Of a stretch of 64,000 nt of DNA, positions 1 to 12,974 are shown one piece after another. A model generated the notes under the pieces. The model was not told the DNA's origin. It did no database searches and was given only the letters and a program-made list of their open reading frames with translations. Source of the stretch: Paraphysomonas bandaiensis (taxonomy: Eukaryota; Protista; Chrysophyceae); the NCBI GenBank assembly GCA_965644295.1, contig CBFFRP010000168.1, positions 58,640-122,639 on the forward strand, in the 5' to 3' direction. The stretch's first letter is position 1. Each line of letters opens with the position of its first letter. Made by a program: the position numbers and the translations under genes.

Positions 1-1772
1 ACATAACCAATGAAATAGACGATGAAAAACGTATTCAATTAGAGAGTTTAGGAGAAGTAGAGTCTTGTTTTGTCCCACAAGATCAAATGGCAGGTTCAAA
101 CCACTCCAGTGATGCTAAGATACTGTCCCCATTAGCTTTGGCTCGACTTATCACTTATGCTATTGAGTTAAAAGGTCCAACACGTGTTGGTGAGTTAGGA
201 AAGTTTTTACAACTTGCTACTGGCAATGAAAGCATAGTGTTGTTTATTAAGATGCAGCTGAAAGGACTAAAGAATTTGATACAAGGGTTTAGTGGACTCT
301 TCCGCTTAGGAAATGACCACCCTTTCAACCCGACAGTGTATCTAACTGACGCATATACCACCACAGCCAATGCACTGAGGGTTCGTGCGCGGCAAGAGTT
401 GCTACCTTTTTATTCCTATGACAGCAATATATTGCAACCCTCTCCGATAGTTGGTCTGAATCCTGCACACGAAGGAGAGCGCGTCAGTGACCTGAGCGAC
501 ACAAGTGGCACCACGCGCAGCCGGAGTCGGAGCAATAGTACCGATGGGCTAGATGGATCATATAGTAACCCCTCTAGACTTAGTGGCGGGAGTAGAGACG
601 CCTCGTTGGGAACATTCGATACACACACTGACACCGCTTCTCAGCTTCAAGCGTCGGCAGAAGCTCTAGCTCAGAATATAGGTAAGTGTAAGCTATGCAT
701 TTACAAGTATAGTAAATGATATATTACTGCAGTGCTCATCCTTGAAGAAAAGGGCCCACTACCTGTTGGGGAAATCGGAAAGTTTTTGCAACTGTACACG
801 GCATCAGGTACTATAGCTATTGTGCTGACATCTTGATCTCACGTTCTGCATGCAGGTAACGAAATGTCCCATTTTATTAAGACTCAGTTCCGCGGCCTTC
901 GAAAGCTTATAGCAGGATTCAGGAGGCTTTTTACTATGGATCAATCTCATCCATTTAATCCCTGTGTGCATCTGTCTGCGGAGTACATGTCCTACAGTGA
1001 CGTCGAGCGCAGCACAGCGGACCTTTCTCCGCTGTTTGTATTTGAACCTGTTGTTACCATCCCATCCACTACACCAATCTCACCGGACGACAAGTTCTCC
1101 TCTGGTAATGCGAGCGCCATGTTAAAGACAGCACAGAAGAACTGTGCTGGAAAACTGAAGAAAGTCAAGAAGCCATCCCCCGCAGGAAAGTCGAAGGGGG
1201 TACAGGGTAAACATGCCCAAGGACAGTTACAGTGGGTGACCCGACACAATGATGGACATCAGGCATGGCAGGGGCAAAATGGATATGCTCAGTCTTCGGG
1301 AAGGACATCACAGTTTTACCAGTATGGCCAGCAATATCCTACCCCTTCCTCCGGAACGTCTCATAATAGTTATAGCGAAGACTACCCTGATTTACCCTCC
1401 AGCAACCCATACCCATCGGATGGCGCGGAGTCGTCATTTACACCTGGTGGGTCGGCTTCGGGATGGATGGGACATGCTCGTGTGCGTTCTCGGGCATTGG
1501 GATGCGATGCTCCATCTAGCGATGCAAGCTCGATCCCGTCATCCTGGAGTGCTTACAAGGCATCCGTAAAATCCACTGCAGGTGTAGCAGTACCCACTAC
1601 AGATTCATCTAGTAAAGACAACCGCATGGCTAGTATGGAATCCTATGTTGCAGACATGAGGATTCCTGATAATTACTTTGCTGGCAGTCCAGATGATAGC
1701 AAGCAAATGATGTGCATGTCGCCGAACTATATCAAGTATTCACACATTTTGAATATGCTGGATATTGAGTGA
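1..1772 (+). CDS. 5'-truncated spliced gene with two LOTUS/OST-HTH-like winged-helix repeats and a low-complexity C-terminus; exons <1-681, 733-807, 856-1772
   Basis: Frame is open back to the window start. GT-AG introns 682-732 (51 nt) and 808-855 (48 nt) join the ORFs in frame and rebuild a second copy of the repeat: LITYAIELKGPTRVGELGKFLQL...GLKNLI...HPFNPTVYL vs IVLILEEKGPLPVGEIGKFLQL...GLRKLI...HPFNPCVHL. Domain name is by resemblance only. Confidence 0.7.
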
Positions 1773-2904
1773 ATCGTGAAATATTATATTTCGCCGAATG
1801 CGACAACAAATTCAGTCTAGTACATGAGTTGAATTTTCTCACAAAAATTCCCTCTTATTAACCTGACATTTTACGTGCTGAGGTTAATGCTAGCCAGATT
1901 CGAGCTTATGGTTTTTTCTAATCACTCCGATTAATAATCCTTTTTAAAGAGTACACACTTTGGTAGTTATATCAAATAAGCAGTCATATAGAACTAAGAC
2001 TTAAGTTCCACCTAATAGGACGTAGAAGTATGAAGCCTGTAGAAAAGTATAATTAGCTTTTATAGAGTATATATTTTCTTGCTATAGCTTTTTACAGAGG
2101 TCAATGTTAAAGGCGTAGCGGAATGGAAGATAAACGAAAAACAAAATATCATTGATTCCATTGATGTCTTGTGCGTAGTGCGTAGAGGTTATAACGTACC
2201 TACTGAACAGTGTAAGAAGGCTTATATATATTCATAAGTGTCTCTGATCGGTGCTCCTTTTATAGCTTGTAGAAATTAAAATAGTCTTGCTGCTATACAA
2301 TACAAATATTATTCCACAACTAGTATATATTATTGGGTTCATCACAATGAATATTGGTGAGTCGAGACAATTCGCCACTCGGCCCTACCCCCTCCACCTT
2401 CTCAGCTGCTCATATGGAACACACGCCAATTCTGTAGGGGCCACGTCTCAATCAGTTTTGGCCTTTTCAAAATTTATTAGCTACCCATGAGCTCAGAATG
2501 TGCGGGGTATCTCATAATCATGTATGGGCCAGGCAAGTATGCTTCTTGGCACCACAGAAATGAAATACACCGACATTGTAATAAATATGTATTCATTGCT
2601 TAGGTCAATGAAAACAACCACTACACTAGGTCTTGCCCTCTGACAATCTCAACACAACAGCCGTTAATTGCTATCTATAGCAACACCCTGAGCATATACG
2701 TTTTCTGTAAACTCCAGTCAGTGAGCCTAGTACTAATTATTGCTTTTAGTAGCAAGATATTCAGAGTATAGTTTGAGCCATTGAGTCGTAAAGCCATATG
2801 TGAGTAATCGTATTATTGAGACAAACAGACCTACAGTACATTGCAGCAGAAATATACGTATATAAAGTCAATGTATTCAATTCAATAGGATGGAATCTTG
2901 TGGA

Positions 2905-3385
2905 ATGGCCGGCTTGGGTTCACATGAATCAGGGACTGCTGCCTTATGTGAGGTACCTAGTTGCATCAGAGTAAGCGTTGCCGCCTCATTGAGTTGGCCT
3001 CAGCCGATTGCACATCATTGCTTTGTGACGATGAAATACCAAATGCATCCAGATTCTTTCTTCTTCGTTAGTTTCTCTCGTCTGCACTTCCCGTATATAT
3101 CCTCAAATTCTTGTTTCCAAATTTCTTCACGAATCGGCACCAAGTAGTTCTAAAAAAATGAAACAAAAATTTGAGGATATATACGGGAAGCGAAAGTGTA
3201 GATGAGAGAAACCAACGAATAAGAAGGGTATGATGTATTTGGTATTTCATCTTCACAATGCAATGATGTGTAACCACTGACCAACGTTACAAAGGTAGTT
3301 CATTAGAGCGCCCCGGCCGTCCCTCGTCCTCGGTGTGTCATACGGCAGCAGTCCCTGCTGATTCATGTGAACCCAAGACGGCCAT
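2905..3385. repeat. Long imperfect inverted repeat (foldback/MITE-like)
   Basis: ATGGCCGGCTTGGGTTCACATGAATCAGGGACTGCTGCC (2905-) is mirrored at about 3343-3385. About 3008-3120 is mirrored at about 3150-3275 (e.g. TTCCCGTATATATCCTCAAATT / AATTTGAGGATATATACGGGAA). Confidence 0.8.
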
Positions 3386-4336
3386 AGGTAAGAGACTTCA
3401 GCGTCTGAGGGAATCTTGTGAAAGTACTGATTTTGGGATGACAAAGAGTGAGTACGAGATTCAAAGAAAGCGCATAACGGATGAGTACTTCTAGTTGTTA
3501 TATCTACTCGGTATTGGGCTGCCTACTGAAGGTTATTGACTCCATTTCTCTACGAGAGATTGTCGTTTACTGGTTATATCAAGTACAAAGTTCTACGGCC
3601 TTTCGTATCGAGGCAAAACTAACAGGCAATATAAGCGTGTGATCCAGGAGTGATGGCCCCAGACCATCTTGGGAGGAGGCACGTACGTTGGTGCAACATC
3701 TAGTGCTTCATGAGGCTCCGCCATGTTAATGTAGTGCCACTCTGTTTAAAATTATGAACATACAATGAATTTGATAAGCATTATTGTTGCATTTAAGTGA
3801 AAGATATCGACTGTTGGACTGACTTAACAATGAGCGACTATAAGACATGCATAGACGGATTTTTGCACACCTATTTTCAGATATATTTCCTAAAATCCTG
3901 AAATTATTCATTCATTGCAATTTTTTTGTCAAATATTATATATAATAGAAGGATTTTATGAAAAAAGTCTAATATTAAGGATCGGTGGGAAGAATTCATT
4001 TCCCAAATTCCTGATTGTTCACAGAAAAAAAGGATGATTGTGATCACAATGGATTCGCGATTCGCACAAGCACCCCCCCCGCTGTATACAACCACCCCAC
4101 AATATAATGTACCGCACAATATACTATACAATGTACTCGTATAGTATACACTACAACGTACTGCTGTACTCTGACCTCCTGTTCGAGATAAAGAAGAAGT
4201 GAGGTGGATTAAGAACATCGATATGATTGGCACATATCAGAGTACACATATAGGCCTACTCACATACATTAGATGGGACTATATATATGAGTGTATAGTA
4301 TTCTAATACCATACCACACAACCCATATCATTATCT

Positions 4337-6257
4337 ATGACAAATCCTGGACCTAAAGCTGCTGGATGCTTGATTACCCTATCAGATCTACCACGTATCT
4401 ATGCTTCCTTTGTTGTATATGGAGCAATGTGTGGTTATGGGGCATGTATAGGTGTTGTAGGCTCTGCTATACCTCTATTAGCCAATGAATTACATGTTTC
4501 ACGTACTTCATTGGGGGAATTATTCTTCTATCGTGGTGTGGGATATTTTGCAGGTGGATTAGCCTCTGCAGGAGTTCTCAGTAGATACAATAGTAAAGAC
4601 ATACTATCAAAGGAGTTACTTGTATTTCTATCTATAGCTTTATCTGGAATTATCACTGTATTATTAGCTACCACACGAAATTTTAGCTTCATCAAAGCTC
4701 TCTTTATACTGCAAGGTATGACTAGTTGATCTGAGGTATCAGTGCTCGGTATCTTATCATTTGTAGGGTTTGGATTCGGTGGAGTCGATACATTCGGCAC
4801 TATTGCACTGTCTGAGATGTGGGGACAGCGCGTACAGGTATGCGAGATATGGATATCGATTTCTGCCTTTGTGTTCACCTTAGTGTTGAATTTGGATTGT
4901 AGTGCTACATGCTAAATACCGTATATTAAACATGACTGATATCTTTTGGAATATTTATAGCCATGGCTGCAAGCTCGTACAGCTACTTTCGCATTGGGTG
5001 GAATTGCGGGACCTGTTTTGCTGGAGTCGCAAGGCCTCAATCGCACTTTTGCAATGTGCGGTCTTTTATGCATGTCTTCTGCTTTGGGCCTGCTGGGAGG
5101 GTATATGCACTCATGTTGCACTTCTCAGCAGGAATCAGATGCAGAGACAATTCCTGGACTGTTAGTGCCTGTTTTGTCAAAGTTAGAGAGGTTTATTCAG
5201 AGCTTGTCAACTATGGCTCCATCCACATCACATGACCTGCTGTCTTCTGATCTACATCGTATCGAGGAATGTTTGGAAGAGATTGATATTCGTTCCGTTG
5301 GATCCGCTTCAGACATGGAGGGTGCTGTGCACGACATCCTTGAAGAGACCGAGTTTGGCACAACTATGTACTCCTCCTACTCAGAGAATTGGGCGCCTAT
5401 TACCGTGAACAGAACTCTTTCTTTCGCTACAGCTAAAATGACGGATCGTATTCACGAAGCTGTTGAGCACCCCCCAATAGTGCTTCTTCCTACTACTGTC
5501 ACAGCTACGCTGGCGATGCATATGATGCTATTTTTTGGACTCTACTATGCCTTCTCGGGCTGGGTACCAACCTATGTTCTCGTGGAAAATATATCATCTA
5601 TTCCTTCGGATGGGTCTTTCGTTGCGACAGTCTATTTCACATCCATGTCTCTTGGAAGCTTCCTTGCCATCCCAATGGCTGTGGTGCTTTCTACCACTAC
5701 AATGATGAGATATTCTTTGGTCCTACTATGCGCAGGTTGTGTTTGCATTGCCTTCTTCTCGAAATACTACACGATGCTTTGTATCTCTGGAGCTTTGTTG
5801 GGAGGAGCAGTTAGTTCTATGAGTCCTCTAATACTCACGATATCCAACGATTATGGATTTACCCTGTACGGATTTTGAACTATTTGCTTATTGTTGAGAT
5901 CTAACATACGTGTGCTGTAGGGATGCCGTCTCAACATCTGCGATTGTAATGGGAGGTACTGTGGGTGAGTCCTTTGTCCCAGTCATAATCGGGTATTTCA
6001 TGAGTGTCTTCGGAGGATCCGCGATGATTATTAGTTTCGTACTTATATGTGCGAGTATGGTAGCGGATTATGTTTATGTACACTATCGTCTTTCCAGTCT
6101 GTCATCAGATATTCCTGTTGGACATCTGACCTCGTGTACCACAACTCCGAATTCATCCCGTGAGACAGACAAACTAATTCATAAGAGTCCTCGTCATACT
6201 CGGCACAACAGTAGCTGTGCCCGCAGCTGCTACAGTTCGTTGGATTCACGGGAGTAA
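4337..6257 (+). CDS. MFS transporter (MFSD4/fucose-permease-like); exons 4337-4715, 4767-4837, 4961-5865, 5921-6257 (last junctions approximate)
   Basis: Many hydrophobic helices in two halves separated by a long acidic loop. Spliced product reads GFGFGGVDTFG...EMWGQRVQPWLQA...FALGGIAGP and GGTVGESFVPVIIG, typical of this MFS group. GT-AG introns keep frame. Confidence 0.8.
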
Positions 6258-7114
6258 TTTGCCGTCATTACCAAGAGTAGTGCAATTTTAAAGTATAATG
6301 TGTGAGAGAGTGGACCTATTAGCTTGTGTCCACCTGAGTGATTTAATTACGACATTTGTACCTTTTATTTTCACGCTCAATAGTGTTGAACCGCCTGTAT
6401 TCTTCTATCTTATGATTGGGTAGAATGTCATAGTTTTTCCTTACGATATCAGTTAAAATATAATGATCTTATCATACTTCCCGCGCCACTTAAGTGGTGT
6501 TTTATCATTGGTACATGAGAGAGAGTTCTGTTCGTCCGTATTATTTATAAATAATATTTTTGTCTCATGTGCGCTATCATGAGAAGGGAAAACAGTGTAC
6601 AGACACTGATCATTGTTCCCTATCCCTATACAGCATTTATTCTAATCACTTCTAAACACGAACTAATCTTGTAGTTAAGGTGTTGAACTATCAACATAGG
6701 CTGTTTTCATCGTCTTGAATTTTGATTGAATAAATAGCCGTCTAATTTATATGTTATATCATAGAGATCTGAACCGAGGAAGGGGTTGAGGCAGAGCGTA
6801 ATATCGCGAAAGGGTAACTAAAGCAGTGCTAGAAAACAATTACTTTCAATGAGCAGCAATGGGAGCAATATTATGCCACCACTAGTCTCAGAATGATTAA
6901 CGAAGTGTATATATATTCAATATGATATCCACCACATCAACAAACTTAAGTACTCGCTAATATCTTGCAAGAGCACAAAATTACACCTTCAAGAAGTTAT
7001 CGTCACATTGCACATAGTACGGTGACAAAGTGATTTTGTCATAGCAGCCGATACACATTATTTACAATCGACACAGTTATCTCATACTACATCTTACTGT
7101 AATCCAATTCTATG

Positions 7115-8209
7115 CTAAGATGATACTTGATTACTAGGACAATTAAACTCAAACGACTGATACATACTCGGCACAGGCTTTTCTGGCATGTCATTTAGAA
7201 GCGATTGCGCTTCAGTGGGCGGAACGCATGCCAATCTATTTGCCCTGCGCTTCATTTGTCGTTTTCTTCTATTAGAGTATCGGTAAAGGCGATACACGGG
7301 AGGTACCAAAGTTGCCAGCTGGAAAAGAGATGAACCAATCACAAATATTGTAACAGCCCATTCAGCATAAAGACTCGGCAAGAAGTATACACTTCCCACA
7401 ACAAAGAGCAGAGATCCCAGAATGTACAAGACACCGACCAGGGTCTCAACTCGAAAGCTTGATCTTGTGATTCGCCGATCACGGTACAGCCCAAAGCACC
7501 GATAAAGATTATAACCAGGGGCAATCACAAACACAATTGATCCTATTATAAACAATATCACTCCTATTTCATCACTACCCAGTGCCTCCACGATTCTGGG
7601 CAGAAAGTAATATGACCCGATGACGAAAAGAGCGTCTGCAACAATGTATAGGGCTGCGTTAAGAGCGAGGGCTAAATCATTACTTGTAAATGCTCGAGTT
7701 TGAATAGCAGAAAGAATCGCACCAAGGAGAAAAAATACACTTCCCACTATGAACAACACCACACCAAGCCACTCACAGCTGTATGGCAGACACACACTCT
7801 CATATTCTGGATATAGAAGTACCGAACCAATTACAAAACATAATGATCCCATATTGTTACAAAACATATCTAACATTGCTAATATTTTATTGTATTTTAT
7901 TGGATATGTTTTTTTTGCATGTAAGGATTGTACGAGTGGTGGCAGTACGAGATTATCATCTGCTTCATCTTCCTCATCATCATCAATATGAACCTTTGCA
8001 ACTTCATCCCAATCAATGTGTCCTGATGATACAAAACGTACAGCTCTCATAGCTTGTTCAACATCTTGTGGGGTGATAGTGGAGGGAATGGAGGATCCGA
8101 TATTAGCACCTGAATAGATTCTGTTTTGTCGATATGCTTCTCTGTATGCGTTAAATTGATTGAGTTCATCTTCATTAAATGCATCCGTAATTTTATTAGG
8201 ATCTTCCAT
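7115..8209 (-). CDS. Multi-pass membrane protein with YrhK-like repeats
   Basis: 364-aa ORF with repeated G-x-x-(L/C)F-(V/I)-(I/V)-GS-x-x-F helices (GSLCFVIGSVLL, GVVLFIVGSVFF, GVILFIIGSIVF, GSLLFVVGSVYF). Confidence 0.7.
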   Translation of the reverse strand: MEDPNKITDAFNEDELNQFNAYREAYRQNRIYSGANIGSSIPSTITPQDVEQAMRAVRFVSSGHIDWDEVAKVHIDDDEEDEADDNLVLPPLVQSLHAKKTYPIKYNKILAMLDMFCNNMGSLCFVIGSVLLYPEYESVCLPYSCEWLGVVLFIVGSVFFLLGAILSAIQTRAFTSNDLALALNAALYIVADALFVIGSYYFLPRIVEALGSDEIGVILFIIGSIVFVIAPGYNLYRCFGLYRDRRITRSSFRVETLVGVLYILGSLLFVVGSVYFLPSLYAEWAVTIFVIGSSLFQLATLVPPVYRLYRYSNRRKRQMKRRANRLACVPPTEAQSLLNDMPEKPVPSMYQSFEFNCPSNQVSS

Positions 8210-8565
8210 TGGTTATATGAGTGTATGGGGTAAGTGATATGTGTTGTATGGATATATGTATGTGTCGGGGGATAGATATGTATATATATGCATATGTAGA
8301 CAGCTGGTAGTATCATATGATCATATGTATACACAGTGCAGCAGAGGGATGTATCGTATGTGTCTATGTATCACTGGATAGAAACTACGAGTGAGAATGC
8401 AGTGATATACTGCTGTATACTCTGTATATAAATTAACTGGAACTGTATAAAATGTCAAGGACAGTGATGGGAATAATGTACCCCGGTACCGGGTGTCGCA
8501 AACAGTGTACCCGGGTATGGGACCGCTGTACCAGTTTATAACTATGACTAACGTAGGAATTCCTA

Positions 8566-11348
8566 TAGGAAGTAGGGTCCCAACTAATGCCGATTCCTGC
8601 TTGTGCCGATTTTTTTTATAGAAAAGTGCACGATTGGTATGAAGATTAACTGACTTCAGGCAGATCTCTCATACATACATGCACTGAGTCGCACATTGCA
8701 CATAAGGTTGCACATTATACTGCGCACCATTCATATCAGACAATGTCACAACAGTATCAATGTAAGCTCGTGCCCAATACATAACGTAGGGGCTCTGAAT
8801 CCATGCCGTTGTTGGGACCATCGACCAGTCAGCAGCGATATCGCAACAACAAGGGATCTTCCTGACTATGTGCCTCATAGGACAGTAGTGAATCGTGTAC
8901 TTTGATCATTGGGAGACTCGCCTTTGCCTGATAAAGCATCTAGGAAGGATGGAAACATACCAACTATGACCAGAGAGAGGTCTCATGGTTGAAGGTATGA
9001 AACTGGGGTTAAGCTCCTATCTCTACGGTGAATCTACACTCTGAAGGAGCGCAAAATATTTGTTTGCAAGGTAGTTGTTATTTTGTGCTTATCTACTTGT
9101 GTATATGTCTACGATTTATAATATCATGTATATCTAGTTGCCTTGTTGAAGGGTGTCATCTCCACAACTGGAAGAGAAATCATACTGGAAAAGTATGGTG
9201 CTGTATTGTACACACAAATCGATGATAGGGCACAGTTTCGGGATATTCTTCGGTTAGACTTTGGTAGTACCGAAGATGCGTCCTCTTTTCGCTACTTCTG
9301 CAAATGACCCTCCAACTACACCATTGTGGATATGGTCTTCCCTCTTGGTCGTACCCAGAGCCATATTTCCAACAGCGTTGACCGCGATATTATGGCCTCG
9401 ACGTCTGAACTTCTGGACCGATTAGACGTCTGATCTTCATAAGCGCTTCATGTAGGAAGTACTACATGTGCATTCACATTCATGCGGTTGGAAGAGGCCT
9501 ATTGCGGCAAGAGTTCAATTCGCTCCAACTTTATGGTTCCCGGAAAGCTTTGAAATCCAGTGACGCCAGGCTTCTCCAGACATTCGGACTGTTCTGTCGC
9601 TGGTTTCTCACAGGAGCGCCAGGTGGCTGTGGAAGAGCAGCCGGGGATGAAACACATGGTATTATGTGGAGCCGTATGAGGGGGGTTCAGACTTCTGCCT
9701 TCTCATCAAGAGCACCACGGCATATTTCCATGAGAAGGGCTGGATCACCCCCGCCCGCGAATACTAATATTTGTAGTAGTTTATATGTTTATATCATGTA
9801 AACGATGTGTGAACTGCACACCTTTACACCTGCCATATGTGAACAACTACACACCACATTTTTCTCCTATAAGAGTACTCATTATAAATATCTCCTATAC
9901 TCATTATTAATTTCTTTTAATACTTGAATCTTATTTCCACTACTACTTACAAGGGTTGCGAAAAAATTAATTGGTGAGATGCAAACACTACCCAAGAACC
10001 CAATTATTGTCGTTGCAATTAATTGCCTTCTATTCTAGTGCTTGATTTTAACATAGCTTGCACTACTTACTTCTGCTAGCTACCTTCGCCCTCAACAAAG
10101 TCGGAATCGCACCTTTTATTCTGAGTTCTCCGGGAAACTAACGTGAGCCCCATATATAGTAAGCAGATATTGTTCTGCCCACTCATAGCAGAATGTTTGT
10201 GTGATACACGGGACAAAATAGTGTCACTTCTCGTATAAACGTCTTTGGGCCTTGACTATTAAACAGACATCCGGGAATGGGCCCACCTCAAGAGTATCTG
10301 GGGTATTGGACTGCATACTGAAGCCATGCATCCGGGCTATTCATCTTAAGGACAGAGAGGGAAAGTGGCTGCACCATGGTGCTTGTGGTGACGCACAAGC
10401 AGCTTTCGTAGCGCCAAATAGTAGGATATCTTAGTTACGCACTAGTTAATTATATTGCTTGGCTACATTAGTGCTGACTCTTACATGCCTACTGCTAATA
10501 ATCAGACATTCACTACTAGCTACTTTCGCAAAATCTATCTACTGAATTGATCCGAAGTCACCAATCAGCATCATCTGAACACTGGCCAGTGGATAGTCCC
10601 TTTCCAGCGCTTACAGTGCATTCCAACACGCGTTTCGTCGACCAATGTGTCAAATATAGTGATATATATTCTTTTACCATTACTAACATCACCATCACTA
10701 TCTGAAATGTCGGAATTGCTGCCCATATGATTGCATAGGTGTCAACCTCTAGTATTGAGGTAGGTGCATTGCTTTGGATTAATAGGAACGTAATGATGAT
10801 ATCATACAAAATTCATACACAATTATGAGTGCACAGTATCTACAGAGCTACATTCTACAAACAGACAGGCTGTGTAGAGTCATGTGGTGTGTGCATTCCA
10901 GGTGATACACACAGTCATGTGTGCAGCATAGAGTCTTAAATATCGGGCTACACTCAATGTTTTGAGGGAATTAGGTCTCAGATTCGAGTCCAGCACTATT
11001 GAATTAGTACAGAATGCTGTTTGTGTCCTCAGAGTCACATGGTGTGTTGATGTATCGTGTAGAGTGTGTGAAGGACTGTCGTCAGTGCAGTGAGGGGGGT
11101 CATGAAAACCGGCACTAATAGGATCCTAAAAAAAAAGATAACTGAAAAACCCCTTAAGGGCACTCACTTTGGACATGAATAACTCGAGATCCAAATCATG
11201 AATCAAGCTGGTCAATTATAATGCATCTCACACAAAATCATTCCACATCTGATGACGTATTTGCTAACGTCATCGCCACTCTGTGACTGAAACTGTGATT
11301 GACTGAAAACACCTAAAAAACCGGCATTAGTGGGGACCCTACTTCCTA
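8566..11348. mobile_element. Putative degenerate DNA transposon bounded by 27-bp terminal inverted repeats
   Basis: TAGGAAGTAGGGTCCCAACTAATGCCG (8566-8592) vs CGGCATTAGTGGGGACCCTACTTCCTA (11322-11348), 26/27 match. No intact transposase ORF inside. Related motifs at about 11110, 29593 and 42423. Confidence 0.55.
10378..10518 (+). repeat. Dispersed ~140-bp repeat; other copies at about 12335-12500 and 22208-22350
   Basis: All three copies share TTG(C/T)GG(T/C)GACGCACAAGCAG. The copies at 10.4 and 22.2 kb also share CTACATTAG and TCAGACATTCACTA. Confidence 0.7.
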
Positions 11349-11454
11349 CACCATGTCGCTCCAAGCATTCTTACAAACATTTTTTTTGTTTCTGGAACAT
11401 TCTTCTGGAACATACATTAACCATATAATTAAAACAACAAGATGAACACAATAT

Positions 11455-12108
11455 ATGAATATCGGTGCTATTAATACTGACAAAACTAATCGTCACATAA
11501 CTCTTAACTCCTCTACTAAACTAGGTGATGATCTTGCTCAACGATTTAACAACTTATCGTTAGATGTCTTAACTCTATCTGAAGTTTCAAGTTTAAAGTC
11601 TGTCGATCAACTTAAAGATGTCATACGAGATAGAAGTATTGATTACTGTAACTCTTATAAAAAGAGTGACTATATAGTTCAAGCATGGGATAAAGAAACA
11701 TTTCAGTTTGAAGGTTCATATGATGTCTCTAATCATTATATTGGTGTACCACTCACTCATAGAAACACTGAGGAGAAACACCTTCATGTATCTGTACATT
11801 TACCTCACAAACGTGGAAAAATTCAGGCTAGAAACAACTTAAGCCTATATGTTCAAGACAGTATAGTGGAAGGCGGATATGATTGGGTGTTTATTCATGG
11901 AGATTTCAATACAAAACCCAGTGATCTCAAAAACATGTTTCCGGATTCAGTGCTCACCATAGAGGGAGCAACTACCAGGAGAAATGGAGAGGTCGATAAC
12001 ATTGTCCTGTCAGGAGGAGATGGAACAATTTATGATGGAGAAATAATTACATCCGGTCATGAGTATTCTCATCACATCATTAAATCCAAATTTACACTTG
12101 ATACGTAG
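11455..12108 (+). CDS. Stand-alone endonuclease/exonuclease/phosphatase (EEP) superfamily protein
   Basis: Ordered EEP motifs: N-terminal NIGAIN, DVLTLSE, VSVHL, HGDFN, TT...VDNIV and YSHH at the SDH position. Intronless, 217 aa. Confidence 0.75.
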   Translation: MNIGAINTDKTNRHITLNSSTKLGDDLAQRFNNLSLDVLTLSEVSSLKSVDQLKDVIRDRSIDYCNSYKKSDYIVQAWDKETFQFEGSYDVSNHYIGVPLTHRNTEEKHLHVSVHLPHKRGKIQARNNLSLYVQDSIVEGGYDWVFIHGDFNTKPSDLKNMFPDSVLTIEGATTRRNGEVDNIVLSGGDGTIYDGEIITSGHEYSHHIIKSKFTLDT

Positions 12109-12974
12109 ACACGTTTGGTGCTATTACTGTCATATTGAACCATGGATTATAAGGGCAAAAAGTCTGAGTATTGAAATTTGGACAAGGGACGATACTCTTT
12201 ATCCCTAGGTTAAATTGTAGCCTATCCTCATCATATTGAAAACATAATATAATAATATCTAAAATATATAGCTATTAGTAGCTTGCTTGCTGTAAGAGAA
12301 CATAGGTGTTACCTAATTAACAGTGGTCGCACCTTGTTGCTTGCGGCGACGCACAAGCAGATTCTGTAAGGCTAAATAGTAGGATAATAGAATTTTGTGC
12401 TGATTAGTTATGGGTAGAGGTCTAACTAGTATGTCTAGCATTCAACTAGCCACTATATTGGCACGAGTTTTTAACGCCTATTGCTTAATAACAAGACTTT
12501 CAATATATACCTAATTAACATTCTGAAACAAATGGAATAACAATGATGTATTACTTCAAATCAATGGTATATATATACATATGGGAATGGCAATTGTAGT
12601 AGATTAACTCAAAACAATAAAATCCAAAATTTCAAAAACAAATTTTCAGAAGAATCATTCAGAAAAAATAGCAACTGCAAGGTATTGAAATTTGTACAGA
12701 AGTATCATGATGTATACAAAAGCTTTATGTCACACATGGTGTTTTGTTTCTATTGGCAGTTGGCTGCCACTGCCTGAATTTTGGGAACACGATATATGGT
12801 AAACAATCCTGATAAACAGGACGTTACTCTTAAAGTTAATCTGGAAGTATTATTTCAAAGTTCTTATACATCACTATGCTCATCTACATCAGAGGAGTGA
12901 TAAAATGTATCTTAAAGTGTTTGAGTGGATTCATCATTGTGTTGTCCCTAAAATTCTGTACTATAAATAAATCA

